Shown here piece after piece: positions 42,077 to 51,965 of a stretch of 64,000 nt of DNA (the first letter of the stretch is position 1; each line of letters starts with the position of its first letter). Made by a program: the position numbers and the translations under genes. The stretch is from positions 2,294,001 to 2,358,000 of the forward strand of contig NC_086108.1 of the NCBI RefSeq assembly GCF_963921235.1. The letters are read 5' to 3'. Below the pieces are notes generated by a model that was not told where the DNA came from, searched no databases, and saw only the letters and a list, made by a program, of their open reading frames with translations. The stretch is from Mobula hypostoma. Lineage: Eukaryota.

Positions 42077-42905
42077 GTGTTGATGGAGATTGGGTGATGT
42101 GGTGTTGATGAAGATTGTGAAGCTGTGGTGTTGATGGAGATTGGGTGATGTGGTGTTGATGGAGATTGTGAAGCTGTGATGTTGATGGAGATTGTGAAGC
42201 TGTGGTGTTGATGGAGATTGGAAGCTGTGGTGTTGATGGCGATTGTGACGCTGTGGTGTTGATGGAGATTGTGAAGCTGAGGTGTAGGTGGAGATCGGGT
42301 GTTGTGTTGATGGAGATTGGGTGATGTGGTGTTGGTGGAGATTCTGAAGCTGTGGTGTTGATGGAGATGATGGAGCTGTGGTGTTGATAGATATTGGGTG
42401 ATGTGGTGTTGATGGAGATTGTGAAGCTGTGGTGTTGATGGAGATGATGGAGCTGTGGTGTTGATAGATATTGGGTGATGTGGTGTTGATGGAGACTGTG
42501 AAGCCGTTGTGCTGATGGAGATTGGGTGATGTGGTGTTGATGGAGATTGTGAAGCTGTGGTGTTGATGGAGATTGGGTGATGTAGTGTTGATGGAGATTG
42601 GGTGATGTGGTGTTGATGGAGATTGTGAAGCTGTGGTGTTGACGGAGATTGGGTGATGTGGTGTTGATGGAGATTGTGAGCTGTGGTGTTGACGGAGATT
42701 GGGTGATGTGGTGTTGATAGAGATTGTGAAGCTGTGGTGTTGATGGAGATTGAGTGATGTGGTGTTGATAGAGATTGTGAAGCTGTGGTGTTGATGGAGA
42801 TTGTGAAGTTGTGGTGTTGATGGAGATTGGGTGATGCAGTGCTCCTTTCTTGTGGAGACTGTGGAGCTGTGGTTCTCCCGTATCGATGTAGATTGTATGG
42901 TTGTA
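42077..42905. repeat. Satellite terminal segment, decaying at the right boundary
   Basis: Monomers continue to about 42840, then degenerate copies to about 42905. Confidence 0.93.
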
Positions 42906-42913
42906 TACACTCT

Positions 42914-43147
42914 CAGAATCAAGTTTAATATCACCGGCATACATTGGGACATTTGTTGTATTTGTGGCAGCAGTATATTGCAATATGTGATAATAAAAAC
43001 TATGGATTACAGTAAGTATATTTATATTAAATAGTGAAATTAAATACGTAGAACAAAAATTGTGAAACAAAGTAGTGAGGTAGGGTTCACGGGTTCAATG
43101 TCCATTCAGAATTTTTATAGCAGAAGGGAAGAAGCTGTTCCTGAATC
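42914..43147 (-). mobile_element. Rex/Babar-like LINE 3' end, left half of a split copy
   Basis: Reverse complement matches the plus-strand copy at 56540-56845 (gattcaggaacagcttcttcc...aatggacattgaacc). Confidence 0.7.
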
Positions 43148-43319
43148 CATAACACCATATAATATCACTGCAGAATTAGGGTATTCGGCCCATCAAGTCT
43201 GCACTGCCATTTTATCATGGCTGATAAAATTTTCCTCTCACCTCCAATTTACTGCCTTCTCTCCATATCCCTTCATGCCCTGACCAATCAGGAATCTATC
43301 AAACTCTGCCTTAAATATA
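43148..43319 (-). mobile_element. CR1 3' end fragment
   Basis: ccataacaccata tail and gcagaattagg..ttcggcccatcaagtctg..atcatggctgat, matching other CR1 3'UTRs in the window. Confidence 0.7.
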
Positions 43320-43998
43320 CAGTGCCTATAAAAGGTGTTCATCCCACTTAGAAGTTTTCTTGTCTTATTGTTTTACAACAGTGAATCACAGTGGATTTCA
43401 TTTAGCTTTTTTTGGCACTGATCAACAGAAAAAGACTCTTTTGTGTCAAAGAGAAAACAGATCTCAACAAAGTAATCTAAATTAATTACAAATATAAAAC
43501 ACAAAATAATTGATTGCATAAGTCACTGCCATCAAGTCAGTATTTAGTAGGTGCACCTTTGGCAGCCTTGAGTCTGTGTCTGTCCATATCTGGACACTGC
43601 AGTTTTCCCTCATTCTTCTTTACAAAACTGCTCAAGCTCTGTCAGATTGCATGGGGATCATGAGTGAAAAGCCTTTTTCATGTCCAGCCACAAATTCTCA
43701 ATTGGATTGAGATCTGGACTCTGACTTGGCCACTCCAGGACATTAAATTTGTTTGTTTTTAAGTTCTCTTGTGGACTGCATCAGGTTTTCCTCCAGGATT
43801 TCCCTGTATTTTGCTGCATTCATTTTACCCTCTACCTTCACAAGCCTTCCAGGGCCTGCTGCAGTGAAGCACCCCACAGCATGATGCAGCCACCACCATG
43901 CTTCACAGTAGGTATGGTGTGTTTTTGATTACGTGCAGTGTTTGGCTTATGCTAAATATAGTGTTTAGTCTAATAGTCAAAAAACTCAATTCTCATTT
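43320..43998 (-). mobile_element. Tc1-like DNA transposon remnant (one terminal repeat plus transposase fragment)
   Basis: TA followed by CAGTGCCTATAAAAGG.. terminus; the minus strand near 43870-43915 encodes [13 protein letters not shown], the hallmark Tc1 transposase motif. Confidence 0.8.
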
Positions 43999-44004
43999 CA
44001 ATCC

Positions 44005-44790
44005 AGCAGAATATGAAATAATTTGCCCACGGATATATACTTTAAAAGTGTCCCATGACATCCCACTGGAAATTTATTCCGTAAAATTAGTTGAGAAGAA
44101 AAAGGCAATCTGTTCTTTAATAAAGTTAACAAAACTTAAGTCCTGAAGCAGAATAGAATTGAACTGCCATCATCTAGCACTGAAAGTTACATCAGTTAAT
44201 TTGATTGATAGTTTCAGGGATGCATGATCAGTTAATTTGATTGATAGTTTCAGGGGTGCATGATCAGAGACGACAATCGCATCGAACTCACAGGCAGTAA
44301 CAGATTAAACTAATCGAGAGTCAATGAATAAGTATTCAGTTCTGGAGTAATTATGATATACATGAGAAAAGAATGAGAATTCTTTATCATTAGGATATAA
44401 AAACCTCCAAACTTCTAAAATTCCGGAGTCAACTAAAAAGGAATTGATAAAAATAGCGGATTTGTTTGGAAGTACCTGACTGGGTGCAGACCTGCTCATT
44501 GAGTGATTCAGGCAACAGTTAAAATCTCTGCCCATTATCAAGGTATATTCATTTAAATTAGGAAGAGATGCAAATAAATGCTTAAAGAATTCAGAGTAAT
44601 CGGTATTTGGTGCATAGATATTAACTATAACAACTTTTTGGTTATAAAGTAAACCAATAATTAACAGAATTCTACCATTCAGGTCTGAAGTTGTTTTATA
44701 GTGAACAAATGAAATCGAGGAATCTATAAAAATAGAGACTCCTTTATACCTTATCCTGTGAATTAGAGTGAAATTGTTATTCTTTCAAAA
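44005..44790 (-). mobile_element. L1-type LINE ORF2 endonuclease fragment
   Basis: NIYAPN, IMGRDFNC and VWRFLYPNDKEFSFFSHVYHNYSR motifs typical of the fish L1 APE domain. Confidence 0.82.
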
Positions 44791-44802
44791 ACCTAAAAAA
44801 AA

Positions 44803-45287
44803 ACTCCAACTCGTTAACGTGGATTGTTAGAAGCTGCAGCTGAATGCACTTCTCACAGTTGTAGTGGTCAGGGACACTGGAGGTCTCCATGCCTTCCCAC
44901 ATCCCACAAGAGGAGCATTTCACTGTCCTGCCTGGTATCTCTTCTGTCTGAGCTGAGCAGATATAAAGAAGAGAATGAAAAAACTTGAGCTTTTCTTTCC
45001 TTTGCTTTCTCTGAGTGAAGCCTCTCTTGACTGAAGTCTCGAAGAGCTAAATCCTCAGGATCACCACTCTGTGTCCACTCAGACGTCAGCCGTTGTGCTT
45101 GCCTCTACCTTCCTTTAATTTGCTCTAAACAAACCAATCCCAAATGTCGATTGGTCGCTGGTCAAAGCTCTATTACGCAACTGCGACATGCTTCTGCTGC
45201 TGTCTTTTATCCTCGGGCAATGGACTTGATTGAACTCCAAACTTCTGATCTTCAGATTGGTCACTGGTCAAAGCTCTGTTGCCCTCT
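44803..45287 (-). mobile_element. CR1 5' end (5'UTR plus ORF1 zinc-finger start)
   Basis: Minus translation VKCSSCGMWEGMETSSVPDHYNCEKCIQLQLLTIHVNELE is homologous to 1-274; short UTR repeats ttggtcrctggtcaaagctct at about 45151 and 45257. Confidence 0.75.
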
Positions 45288-45412
45288 AATCATTGAGTGT
45301 GTACCTTCAAGCTCCTGTATCTCCTCCCTGATGAGAAGAGGCCATGTCCTGGGAAATGGAAATCCTTAATGATAGATGCTGCCTTTTTGAGGCATTTCTC
45401 CTTGAAGATGTT
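45288..45412 (-). mobile_element. Rex/Babar-like LINE, right half of the copy split at 43147
   Basis: aatcattgagtgtgtaccttcaagctcctg continues directly from gaagctgttcctgaatc at 43131-43147 when compared with the intact copy near 56600-56645. Confidence 0.7.
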
Positions 45413-45416
45413 TAAG

Positions 45417-45570
45417 CACACAGATACACACACACACACACACACACACACACTTTCACACACAAACTTTCACATACACACATAAAGTACAGATACTCAC
45501 TCTCACAGTCTCATATTTTCATACACAAACACGCACACAATTTCTCTCATACATACACTCATTTTTTCAC
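45417..45570. repeat. (CA)n microsatellite and CA-rich low complexity
   Basis: Pure CA run at about 45427-45453 with degenerate flanks. Confidence 0.9.
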
Positions 45571-45574
45571 ACCC

Positions 45575-46205
45575 TTGCTTCGTCTACCACAAAAAGCAGG
45601 ATTTCCCAGTGGCCATCTACTACAATTCTACTTCCTCTTCCCATTTTGACCTCCATAGCCTCCTCTACTGCCACGATGAGGCCACACTCAGGTTGGAGGA
45701 ACAACACCTTATATTCTGTTTGGGTAGCCTACAACCTGATGGCATGAACATTGATTTTTCAAACTTCCAGTACTTGGCCCCCCTCTCTGCTTCACCATTC
45801 CCCTTTTCTGTTGCCCTCTGTCACTGTCTCTTCTTACCTGCCCATTACCTCCCTCTGGTGCTCCTCCCCCTTCCCTTTCTTCCATGGCCTTCTGTCCTCT
45901 CCAATCAGATTCCCTCTTCTCCAGCCCTTTGTCACTTCTACTGATCAACTTCCCAGCTCTTTACTTCACCCCCTCACCCTCTCCCAGTTTTACCTATCAC
46001 CAACAACCTTATACTTCTTCCTCCTTTCCCCCATCTTCTTATTCTGACTCTTTCCCCCTTCTTTTCCAGTCCTGATGAAGGGTCTCGGTCTGAAACATCA
46101 ACAATTTATTAATTTCTCTGGATGCTGCCTGACCTGCTGAGTTCCTCCAGTAATGTGTGTGTGTTGCTTTGGGTTTCCAGCATCTGCAGACTTCCTTGTG
46201 TTTGT
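45575..46205 (+). mobile_element. Penelope-like element 3' fragment (GIY-YIG C-terminus plus pseudo-LTR)
   Basis: LLYCHDEATLRLEEQHLIFCLGSLQPDGMNIDF, a pyrimidine-rich tract, then cctgatgaagggtctcgg..gaaac and gatgctgcctgacctgctgagttcctccag. Confidence 0.75.
46067..46104 (+). ncRNA. Degenerate minimal type I hammerhead ribozyme motif in the Penelope pseudo-LTR
   Basis: cagtc-CTGATGA-agggtctcggtct-GAAA-catc. Core boxes intact; stems eroded by CpG-type changes. Confidence 0.6.
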
Positions 46206-46739
46206 GGTTTACTCACTCACTTATATTTGCACACTCTCACCTGTGCACGCTCATAACGACAAGCACACACCAGTATTCAAACTTGTACGCAGTCTGATTT
46301 ATTTTACCCAACACCACCAACAGTTCTGCTGTATATGAACAAGGATTTACAGTAAGCCTCAGGAGACCTGGTATTTCAAACAACAATCACTCTCCATCAA
46401 CTGAGGGTTGTGAGGAACGACCTTGGCTTTGAAATGCAGAACCTGAGCCTGTACAGTTATCATTACTGAGATGGGACAGTTATCTGCAGAACTATTGACC
46501 CAGATTCTAGGTGAACAATTAAGTCCTTTAGTGATGCTGTTACTGAAGCCCCAGGCACATAAAGAGGATGGCTGATGGAGGAATCAATGTGCACTGGGGG
46601 TTAGGTAAGAGGAGGGAGAGAGACAGAGGTGGAGGTGAATCACGTTCAAGGATAAAGTGAGGGGTACAGTCATGGGGGACAGAGGGGGAGCCATCGACTC
46701 ACCACGTCTGCACTGACTATCGAACACACTCATGCACGA

Positions 46740-46866
46740 GTCACTAGAGATTCTGCAGATATTGGAAATCTGGGTCAACACAAACAAAATGCAACTCAGC
46801 AGGGTCAGGCAGCATCTATGGAGGGACATAAAGAGGATGTTTTGGCCGGAGACCCTTCATCAGCAC
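46740..46866 (-). mobile_element. Penelope pseudo-LTR fragment
   Basis: Reverse complement of the ctgatgaagggtctc / gatgctgcctgacc / ctgagtt / atctgcagaatctc block. Confidence 0.65.
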
Positions 46867-46874
46867 TCCTGACC

Positions 46875-47505
46875 CATTGAGTTCCTCGGTGTGAACATCA
46901 CCGACAGCCTGTCCTGATGGCCAAGAAAGCCCAGCAACACCTCTACTTCCTCAGGAGGCTAAAGAGATTGGAAATGGTCCCCATTGACTCCTACCAATTT
47001 GACCGATACACCATAGGAAGCATTCTGTCTAGGTGCGTCACAGCTTAGCATGGCAAATGCTCTACACATGACTGCTAGAAACTGCAGAAAGTTGTGGACA
47101 CAGCTCAGCACTTCAGAGGAACCAGTCTCCCTTCATCCACTCTGTCCAGCAGCCTCAGTAAAGCAGGCAGCTTAATCAAAGACCCCACCCACCACAGACA
47201 CTCTCTCTTTCCTTCTCTCCCACCAGCCAGGAGATACAAAAGCCTGAAAGCATGTTCCACCAGCTTTTATCCTACATTTATCAGACACTTGAACAGACCT
47301 CTTGTATGACAGGATGGACTCTTGACCTCACAATGTACCTCATTATGATCTTGCACCTTATTGTTTCCCTGTACTGCACTTTCTCTTTAAATGTTACACT
47401 TTATTCTGCATTGTTATTGTTTGATCTTGTTCCATCTCGGTGCACTGTATAATGATTTGATCTGTACGAACAATATGTAAGGCAGACTTTTCACTGTATC
47501 TTGGT
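46875..47505 (+). mobile_element. Rex/Babar-like LINE 3' fragment
   Basis: FLGVNITDSLS..AKKAQQHLYFLRRLK, IKDPTHHRHSLF and RRYKSLK motifs. Confidence 0.75.
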
Positions 47506-47609
47506 GAGAAGGCAGGAGAGTAGGCTGAGAGAATTAAAGTTATTTATTCGGTGTATGTCAAAACACATGGTGAAATGTGTCATTTGTGTTAACAACCCAC
47601 ACAACCTAA

Positions 47610-48195
47610 GGATCCTGAGCCTTTATAAGACACCAGTCAGGCTGCACTTGGAATATTGTCAACAGTTTTGGGCCCCATATCTCAGAAAGGATGTGTTGTT
47701 ATTGGAGAGTCCAGAGGAGGTTCATGAGCATAATTCAGGGAATTAAGGGGTTAACCTATGAGGAGCGTTTGGCAGCTTTGGGCCTGTACTCCCCGAAATT
47801 TAGAAGAATACTGGTGGATCTCATTGAAACCTACCAAATGTTAAAAGGACTAGAGATTGTGGATGTGGAAAGGATGTTTCCTACGGTGGGCATATCCAGA
47901 ACCAGAGGACCTAGCCTCATAATTGAGGGGTGACCCCTTAGAACAGTAGTAAGGATGAATATTTTAGCCAGAGTAGTGAATCTGTGCAATGCTTTGCCAC
48001 AGTCCGCGATGGAGGCCAAGTCCATGGGTATATTTAAGGTGGAAATTGATAGTTTCTTAATCTTCAGGGCATCAAAGGATATGGTGAGAAGTCAGGTGTG
48101 TGGGGTTGAGTGGGATCCGGGATCAGCCATGATGGAATGGCGGAGCAGACTCGATGGGCTGAATGGCCTAATTCTGCTCCCATGTCTTATGATCT
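47610..48195 (+). mobile_element. CR1 3' fragment, degraded
   Basis: LYKTPVRLHLEYCQQFWAPYLRKD, LGLYS, RTRG and VVNLCNALP motifs plus 3'UTR. Confidence 0.85.
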
Positions 48196-48374
48196 AAGGA
48201 TGTTCTGGGGCAGCCTGCAGGTGTCGTCACACATTCTGGGGCCAGCATAGCATGTCACAATGTTCACAGAACACAACACGCAACAAAACAAGACCAGTTC
48301 CTCCCTCCCGCCCAGCCACACAGACAGTCCTCTAAGCACAGGGACAGCCTTCGGATCTCCAGGCTTCGGTCACT

Positions 48375-48840
48375 GGGCTGAAATGGAGAAACAGACAAAG
48401 GGGAGGGTGAGAAATTACCAGGTTAGAGAAATCGATATTCACGCCATCAGTTTGGAGGCTACCCATACAGAATATAAGGTGTTGCTCCTCCAACCTGAAT
48501 ATGACCTCATCATGACAGTAAAGAGGCCATGGTTCGACATGACAGAATGGGAATGCGAAGAGAACTTGAAATGTGTACCCACTGGGAAATTCTGCCTTTT
48601 GTGGTAGCTGGAGTAAAGGTGCTCGACGATGTAATCCCTACATCTGCGTCAGGTCTCACTGATGTAGAAGACTGCACCACGAGCACTTTCTATACAGGGA
48701 AATGGACAGTTGGGTTTTCAGACAGAGACCCGTCACCTGGCCCTCTCCCTCTCTACTCTCAGTCCAGATGAAGGGTCTCGGCCCGAGATGTTGACCGTCC
48801 ATCTCCCTCCACAGATGCTGCCTGACCCACCAAGTTCCTC
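48375..48840. mobile_element. Penelope fragments: minus-strand GIY-YIG piece followed by inverted pseudo-LTR remnants
   Basis: 48410-48500 is the reverse complement of the EEQHLIF..LQ..NIDF block; 48689-48740 (minus) and 48764-48840 (plus) are inverted copies of the pseudo-LTR motif. Confidence 0.65.
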
Positions 48841-48919
48841 GAAGACAAGCTTGTGGTCCTTACATCTTTAATTCAGTCAGGCACTGGGATAGAATGTGGG
48901 CAAGTCACAGTAGTGTAGA

Positions 48920-50610
48920 TAGGCACATGATCAAATAGGCCGTAGTCAGCATGGTTTCCTCACAGGAAAACCTTGACTAATAAATCTGTTGGAATCCTTT
49001 GAAGAAATAACAAGCTGGATCGAGCAAGGAGAATCGGTGGATGTTGTGTACTTGGATTTTCTGAAGGCCTTTGACAAGGTGCCACACATGAGGCTGCTTA
49101 ACAAGATAAGAGCCCATGGTATTACAGGAAAGAGCATGGATAGAGCATTGGCTTGTTGTCAGGAGGCAAAGAGCAGGAGCTAGGGCTTTACTCTTTGGAG
49201 AGAAGGAGGATGAGAGGAGACATGATAGAGGTATACAAGATATTAAGAGGAATAGATAGAGTGGATAGCCAGCGCCTCTTCCCCAGGGCACCACTGCTCA
49301 ATACAAGAGGACATGGCTTTAAGGTAAGGGGTGGGAAGTTCAAGGGGGATATTAGAGGAAAGTTTTTACTCAGAGAGTGGTTAGTGCGTGGAATGCACTG
49401 CCTGAGTCAGTGGTGGAGGCAGATACACTCGTGAAGTTTAAGAGACTGCTAGACAGGTATATGGAGGAATTTAAGGTGGGGGCTTATATGGAAGGCAGGG
49501 TTTGAGGGTCGGCACAACATTGTGGGCTGAAGGGCCTGTACTGTGCTGTACTATTCTATGTTCTATGTTCTAAAGGGAGTCTTTTCTGTTTGGTTGCCCT
49601 GTGACTAACAGTGTTCCACAGGGGTTTGTGTTGGGGCTGCTTCCTTTTACTTTATATGTCAATGATTTGGATGACAGAATTGATGGCTTTGTGAACAAGT
49701 TTGCAGATGATACGGAGACAGGTGGAGGGACAGGTAGTTTTGAGGAGGTAGAGAGGCTACAGAAGGACTTAGACAGATTAGGAAAATAGGCAAAGAAGTG
49801 GCAGGTGGAATACAGTGTGGAGAAGTGTAAGGTCATGCACCCTGGTAGAAAGAATAAAAGCATAGATTATCTTCTAACCCCAGAGAAAATTCAAAAATCC
49901 AACATGCATAAGGACTTGGGAGTCCTTGTGCAGGATGCCCTAAAGGTTAATTTGCATGTTGAGATGGTGGTGAGGAAGGCAAATGCAATGTTAGTATTCA
50001 TTTCGCGAGGACTAGTATATAAAGGCAAGGATGTAATGCCAAGGCTTTATAAAACACTGGTGAAGCTTCACTTGGTGTATTGTGAGCAGTTTTGGACACC
50101 TTATTTAAGAAAGGATGTGCCGATATTGGAAAGGGTTCAAAGGAAGCTCACGAGAATGATTCTGGGAATGAAAGGCTGGATATATGAGATGCAATTGATG
50201 GTTCTGGGCCTGCAGTTGCCGGAATTTAGAAGAATGAGGGGGTATCTTATTGAAACCTATCGAGTGTTGAAAGGCCTTCATAGAGTGGATGTTTCCTAGG
50301 GTGTGGGTTTAGGTTCCAGAGGCCACAGCCTCAGGATAGAGGGACATCCATTTAGAATGGAGATGAGGAGGAATTTTTTTAGCCAGAGGCCAGTGAATCT
50401 GTGGAATTCATTGCCACAGATGGCTGTGGAGGCCAAGTCATTGGATGCATTTAAGGTGAAGATTGATAGGTTCTTGACTAGTCAGGGTATGAAGGGTTAC
50501 GGGGAGAAGGTAGGAGGTTGGAGCTGAGAGGGAAATGGATCAGCCATGATGAAATGGCGGATCAGGCTCAATGGGCCAAAAGGCCTAAATTCTGCTCCTA
50601 TGTCTTATGG
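48920..50610 (+). mobile_element. CR1 RT region plus 3'UTR, containing a nested CR1 3' piece
   Basis: QHGF, DVVYLDFLKAFDKV, VPQGFVLG, FADD and NLWNSLP motifs; interrupted at about 49175-49571. Confidence 0.88.
49175..49571 (+). mobile_element. Nested CR1 3' end, same subfamily as 35126-39827
   Basis: The 3'UTR and (ttctatg)n tail match the reverse complement of 35126-35360. Confidence 0.85.
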
Positions 50611-51029
50611 TCGGCATGGAAGAGATGGACAGAAAGAGTCCCTGTCTGTGCTGCTAATTCTACGAAGTGATTTACCTTGATGGATCTGTTCCCTCCTATA
50701 TCTCTTCAGCCTGTTTCCAATTGTGGAACTAGCAAATCTAGTTCATTGGAAAGGCTGCTCCACATTCACAGGACTGCAAAACCAGTAACCTACTTTATCA
50801 CATCCTTACCGACAACAAGCCGCAGACAAGGTAAGGTTCCAGCACTTCGCTTGCATGAAGGAAACGTCAGTGTTTTTGCTGGGAATCGGGGGTTTAACTC
50901 TGATTCGAGTCAAAGCCGATATTTAGGAATCGGACTAGAGGGCTGGCATGTGATTGGGATGTCCTTTCCCCAGACAGTGACAGTGGCAAAAACAAATTGC
51001 ATTGCAGTGGCGCCTAACCAGTTAGTGCA

Positions 51030-51510
51030 TAAAATTCCCACTTCCATTCCGACACGGCAGTCAACGGCATCCTCTTGTGCCAAGATGAGGCCTCCCTCAG
51101 AGTGGAGGAGCAACACCTTCTCTTCCGTCTGGGTAGCCTCCAACCTGATGGCACAAATATCGATTTCTCCTTCCAGTAAAAATACACTCCCTATCCCCTC
51201 CATTCCCCACTCTGATTCCTACCTCTTCTCACCTGCCTATCACCTCCCCTGGGTCCCCTTCTCCTTCCCTTTCTCCTCTGGTCCACTCTCCTCTCCTATC
51301 ACATTCCTTCCTCTCCAGCCCTTTACCTTTCCCACCCACCTGGCTTCACCCATCACCTTCCAGCTAGCCTCCTTCCCCTCTCCCCACCTTTTTATTCTGG
51401 CATCTTTTCGCCTCCTTTCCAGTCCTCAACTGAAACATCAGCTATCTATTCATTTCCAGAGATGCCTCCTGACCTGCTGAGTTCCTCCAGCATTTTGTGT
51501 GTGTGTGTGT
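51030..51510 (+). mobile_element. Penelope-like 3' fragment
   Basis: gaggagcaacacc..ctgggtagcctccaacctgatggc..atcgatttc, a pyrimidine tract and gacctgctgagttcctccagcattttgtgtg. Confidence 0.7.
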
Positions 51511-51965
51511 TGCAAAGTAAATTTATTATCAAAGTAAGTAAATATCACTGCTTTGAGATTCATTTCCTTGCAGGCATTTACAGGAACATAAATACAATAG
51601 AATTTATGAACAATTATACATAAATAAGGACTGATAAATAACCAATGTGCAAAGGAAGAGAAGTTGAGTAAATACAAGTTGTCGAGTCATTGAAAGTGAG
51701 TTTGTCGCACCCTCAAGGATTCTATGAAAGGCAGATTTGAAGGAGAATTGTAATGGAATTAGAGTGGATTTGTTTGTCGGTCGAAAGCCGCTTCTATCAT
51801 GTTGGTCATCGACCGGCCCAGTTGAAGTGTGCAGTAGCTCGTTCCCATTGGTTACCTTGTGTGCCACAGCACCCACGTCCGGTTGCAGGCGCATGCCTTT
51901 TGTCTTCAAGGCATTCACTTACACACTGAGGCTGTGACCAATGCTGTAGAACCACTGGGAAAGTA

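Noticed and set aside
520..42905. CRISPR array (constant repeat plus variable spacer)
   Set aside because: The variable part is only about 7-8 bp with a few recurring states, there are no unique spacers or cas genes, and the context is vertebrate.
520..42905. Telomeric repeat or strong G-quadruplex array
   Set aside because: Strand-biased, but there are no TTAGGG tandem runs and G-tracts are mostly GG with isolated GGG.
50677..51480. 267-aa plus-strand ORF
   Set aside because: It runs from unique sequence through an off-frame Penelope fragment and a pyrimidine tract, with no coherent domain.
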